A DNA stretch of 1,653 nt from Gracilinanus agilis (Eukaryota), in NCBI RefSeq assembly GCF_016433145.1. It is one part of the record NC_058135.1 of this genome. One strand, written 5' to 3'. Below, piece after piece: positions 1 through 1,653 of the stretch. Each line of letters starts with the position of its first letter. Within the stretch, counting starts at the first letter, position 1. A program made the position numbers and the translations under genes. The notes beneath the pieces are model-generated. The model was given only the letters and a program-made list of their open reading frames with translations. It had not been told where the DNA came from and made no database searches.

Positions 1-400
1 TTAACTTTTCTCACAAACTCCAGGCCCTTTTGCAATAACTTTTGTAATTTTATTCTTAGACCAACTTTCTTTGCTTTTGTATTTATTTCTTGTGACCCAA
101 CTTTGCTTCTTTCTTTTATGCATTTTGCTTTAATTTTTTTAAAGTTATTTCATGAGTTTTGTTTACATTCATTTCTGTCTCTTTGGGGACATTTCTGTCT
201 AATCTGTCTCACTGACTTTGTCTTGTCTCTTCCTCTGTATCTGTTTCTCTATCTTCCTTTTCCAGCTCCTCCCTCCTTATATTTTCTTTATGCATTCCTA
301 AAAACTACCCATTCTGTTCTGTGCTGACTTTCCCTATAAATTTGCATTCTGTAATATCTTAATTTCCCTTTTTATAAATTTTTTGAAACCTGGTCTGTTA
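1..400. repeat. Pyrimidine-rich low-complexity tract with degenerate TCTG/TCTT units and short direct repeats
   Basis: Strong T/C skew on the + strand; 216-263 has 42 pyrimidines in 48 nt. The 11-mer CATTTCTGTCT occurs exactly at 170-180 and 190-200, and CCAACTTT at 61-68 and 97-104. Confidence 0.6.
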
Positions 401-505
401 CAACTCAGAGTGGTTGTCAGCCAATGCTTGGCTTTCCCCTCCTCTTTCACAAATTTTAAGATAAAGCAGGCATTTCATCTCAATTTCCCTATCTTCTCAC
501 CTCAG

Positions 506-534
506 GGATTATATGGCTTGAAAACACCTGATAG
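506..534 (+). CDS. Candidate 29-nt coding micro-exon (GLYGLKTPD + AG), unverified
   Basis: Upstream there is a YTNAY branch-like TTCAT (474-478), a pyrimidine tract with 22 of 26 nt pyrimidine (478-503) and a CAG|G acceptor (AG 504-505). The donor TAG|GTTATG at 535 is weak. Only the phase-0 frame is open. The segment lies outside recognisable repeats. Confidence 0.3.
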
Positions 535-569
535 GTTATGTACATAAATATAATTATGTTTGAATAGAA

Positions 570-820
570 GAAATGCCTTCCACTTTCCATGTCCAACCAT
601 AAATTATTAACTAAACTCTCACATTCTACAGGAAGCCTTTCCCAGTCCTCCTTAATTCCCCTGCCTTCCCTCTATAAGTCATTTCTTACTTCTCTTCTAC
701 ACAATTTATTTTTATATATTGATTTTCTTGTCGTCTCTCCCATTAGATTGTGAATCCTTGAGGACAAGGACTATCTTGACTCTCTTTGTAACCCTAGGAT
801 TTGAGCAAGCATCTTGCCTA
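570..820 (+). mobile_element. L2-type LINE 3' end fragment (or an L2-tailed derivative), marsupial-like variant, lacking the terminal tail
   Basis: Diagnostic L2 3' blocks: CACATTCTACAGGAAGCCTTTCCCAGTCCTCCTTAATTCCCCTGCCTTCCCTCT (620-673) and TCTCCCATTAGATTGTGAATCCTTGAGGACAAGGACTATCTTG...CTTTGTAACCCTAG (736-797; cf. consensus CCCATTAGATTGTGAGCTCCTTGAGGGCAGGGACTGTCTT...TTTGTATCCCCAG). The portion from 570 to 608 aligns only weakly. Confidence 0.85.
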
Positions 821-830
821 GGATTGTTGG

Positions 831-925
831 TACCTGTGTGATTTTAGACACTACATTTAACTGTCTGAGGCCACCTTTTTCCTGCTCATAAAATTAAAGG
901 TCTGGGACAAGATCAATATATGGTT
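831..925 (+). mobile_element. MIR / CORE-SINE core-to-tail fragment (MIR3-like)
   Basis: CTGTGTGATTTTAGACACTACATTTAACTGTCTGAGGCCACCTTTTTCCTGCTCATAAAATTAAAGGTCTGGGACAAGATC aligns collinearly with the MIR core and MIR3-type tail CTGTGTGACCTTGGGCAAGTCACTTAACCTCTCTGAGCCTCAGTTTCCTCATCTGTAAAATGAGGGGTTGGACTAGATG. The 5' tRNA-derived head (A/B boxes) is not visible. Confidence 0.75.
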
Positions 926-985
926 CTATTATATTAAGACCCTCTTGCTGAGAATTGTTACATGTTTTGATTTTTATTACATAAG

Positions 986-1016
986 GGAAATAACAGTAAG
1001 AGTGAAAATAAGTGCA
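986..1016 (+). CDS. Candidate 31-nt coding micro-exon (G + EITVRVKISA), unverified
   Basis: A T-rich tract (965-978) with no AG from 953 to 983 precedes a suboptimal TAAG|G acceptor (AG 984-985). The exon body is purine-rich, and the donor GCA|GTGAGT at 1017 has a consensus intronic half. The segment lies between the MIR and L1 fragments. Confidence 0.3.
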
Positions 1017-1065
1017 GTGAGTCTCACTGAATAAAGAACAAGAATGACAAAAGCTTATTTTTAAA

Positions 1066-1550
1066 ATGGATATGCATCTTATTACCAGTCAATTTCTAAA
1101 TCTGAAAAATATAGGAATAGCTTATTTTGACAGAGTTATTAAAACCATGGCACACTATTGCATGAACTATAATAACAATTTGGGAAAACAATTTGAAATT
1201 ATGCTAAAGAAAAATAACTAAACTGGGCATAATTTTGTCCCTAGATAATCTACCACTAAGCATGAACTCTAAAGAGGGCAATGAGCAAAAAGAAGGGCCA
1301 CATGTGTTCTAACTGCAATATCTATAACACTATGTTTTATAGTTGCTAAGAACTATGAACAAAAAAAAATAGTGCCTATTGTTTGGGGAAGGTCTAACCA
1401 AGTCATGGTATGCAAATATAATGGAATAGTACTATGTAATAACAAGCAATACATATACCAAATAAAAAGAATCATGGCAAGACATAAAATTGAAACAAAA
1501 TGAAGTAGAGGGACCCAAGAATCAGTATGCAAGTCACTACAAGAATGTAA
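1066..1550 (+). pseudogene. Fossil L1 ORF2 C-terminal coding segment (Cys-rich/zinc-knuckle region and terminal DUF1725-like region), inactivated
   Basis: The motifs sit in different frames. In-frame stops: TGA 1128-1130, TAA 1140-1142, TGA 1194-1196 (at a conserved Trp) and TAG 1427-1429. Frameshifts occur near 1212 and at the A9 run 1361-1369. The probable original stop is TAA 1548-1550 after ACT ACA AGA ATG, inferred from the recalled consensus. Confidence 0.8.
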
Positions 1551-1653
1551 ATGGAAAGTCAATAACAGTTACATGACCAAAGTTAATGCTTTGAAGTTAT
1601 AATGACCAAGTTTTGCACTCAAAAGAGATATAAACTATCTCCCTTCATCTTTA
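1066..1653 (+). mobile_element. Decayed LINE-1 fragment: 3' part of ORF2 plus start of the 3' UTR, resembling an old marsupial L1 3' end. It runs off the window end and the 5' boundary is approximate.
   Basis: Collinear remnants of L1 ORF2 C-terminal motifs: CATCTTATTACCAGTC (~HLTPV, 1075-1090); GGC ACA CTA TTG CAT = GTLLH (1149-1163); KTI*NYAK (1185-1208; cf. KAIWNYAQ); CLLFGEGLTKSWYANIME*YY (1373-1435; cf. CPSIGEWLNKLWYMNVMEYY); ESWQD (1469-1483; cf. ETWED). Downstream, ACTACAAGAATGTAAATGGAAAG...TTATAATGACCAAG...AAAAGAGATAT matches my recollection of a marsupial L1 ORF2 end and 3' UTR. The + strand is A-rich, as in sense L1. Confidence 0.9.

Noticed and set aside
170-200. Direct repeats as a CRISPR-like or tandem array
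   Set aside because: There are only two 11-bp copies within low-complexity eukaryotic DNA, with no regular repeat-spacer structure.
216-280. Triplex (H-DNA) forming polypyrimidine tract
   Set aside because: It is interrupted by several purines and I could not find a long mirror repeat.
103-327. Supplied 74-aa ORF on + (MLLSFMHF...)
   Set aside because: It starts at TTG in a pyrimidine-rich low-complexity tract. The L/F/S-rich composition is what T/C-rich DNA yields by default, and there is no recognisable domain.
986-1001. Alternative donor ACA|GTAAGA at 996, giving a 10-nt exon
   Set aside because: The exonic side is poor, and joining to 506-534 gives only a marginal product. It remains a possible competing site, but nothing in the sequence favours it.
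1026-1055. Minus-strand acceptor-like CTTTTGTCATTCTTGTTCTTTATTCAG
   Set aside because: It is the complement of an A-rich stretch, and no good donor follows on the minus strand.
1361-1369. A9 run as a retroposon poly(A) tail
   Set aside because: L1 ORF2 similarity continues on both sides, so it is a slippage expansion inside the element that causes a frameshift.
893-1466. Several polyA-signal hexamers (ATTAAA 893 and 1138; AATAAA 1030 and 1461)
   Set aside because: These are expected by chance in AT-rich and L1-derived DNA, and no clear downstream GU-rich element supports them individually.
1353-1562. Supplied 69-aa ORF on -
   Set aside because: It lies entirely antisense to the decayed L1 ORF2 3' end and is a typical chance antisense-L1 ORF with a hydrophobic bias.

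Overview
AT-rich (about one-third GC), almost CpG-free mammalian genomic DNA; I found only one CG dinucleotide, at 732-733. The repeat content most resembles a marsupial. There is no intact protein-coding gene, RNA gene, CRISPR array or prokaryotic feature. The window contains, in order: a pyrimidine-skewed low-complexity tract (~1-400), the 3' end of an old L2-type LINE (~570-820, +), a MIR/CORE-SINE core fragment (~831-925, +) and a decayed LINE-1 fragment covering the ORF2 C-terminus and the start of the 3' UTR (~1066 to the window end, +). Both supplied ORFs look spurious. The only signal the repeats do not explain is a pair of candidate micro-exons in repeat-free gaps (506-534 and 986-1016). 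They splice to a stop-free 60-nt frame (GLYGLKTPDREITVRVKISA), and the second donor lies inside a perfect inverted repeat. This is a hypothesis, not a recognised gene. Repeat family calls rest on recalled consensus sequences, not a database search. I see no convincing novel biological system.
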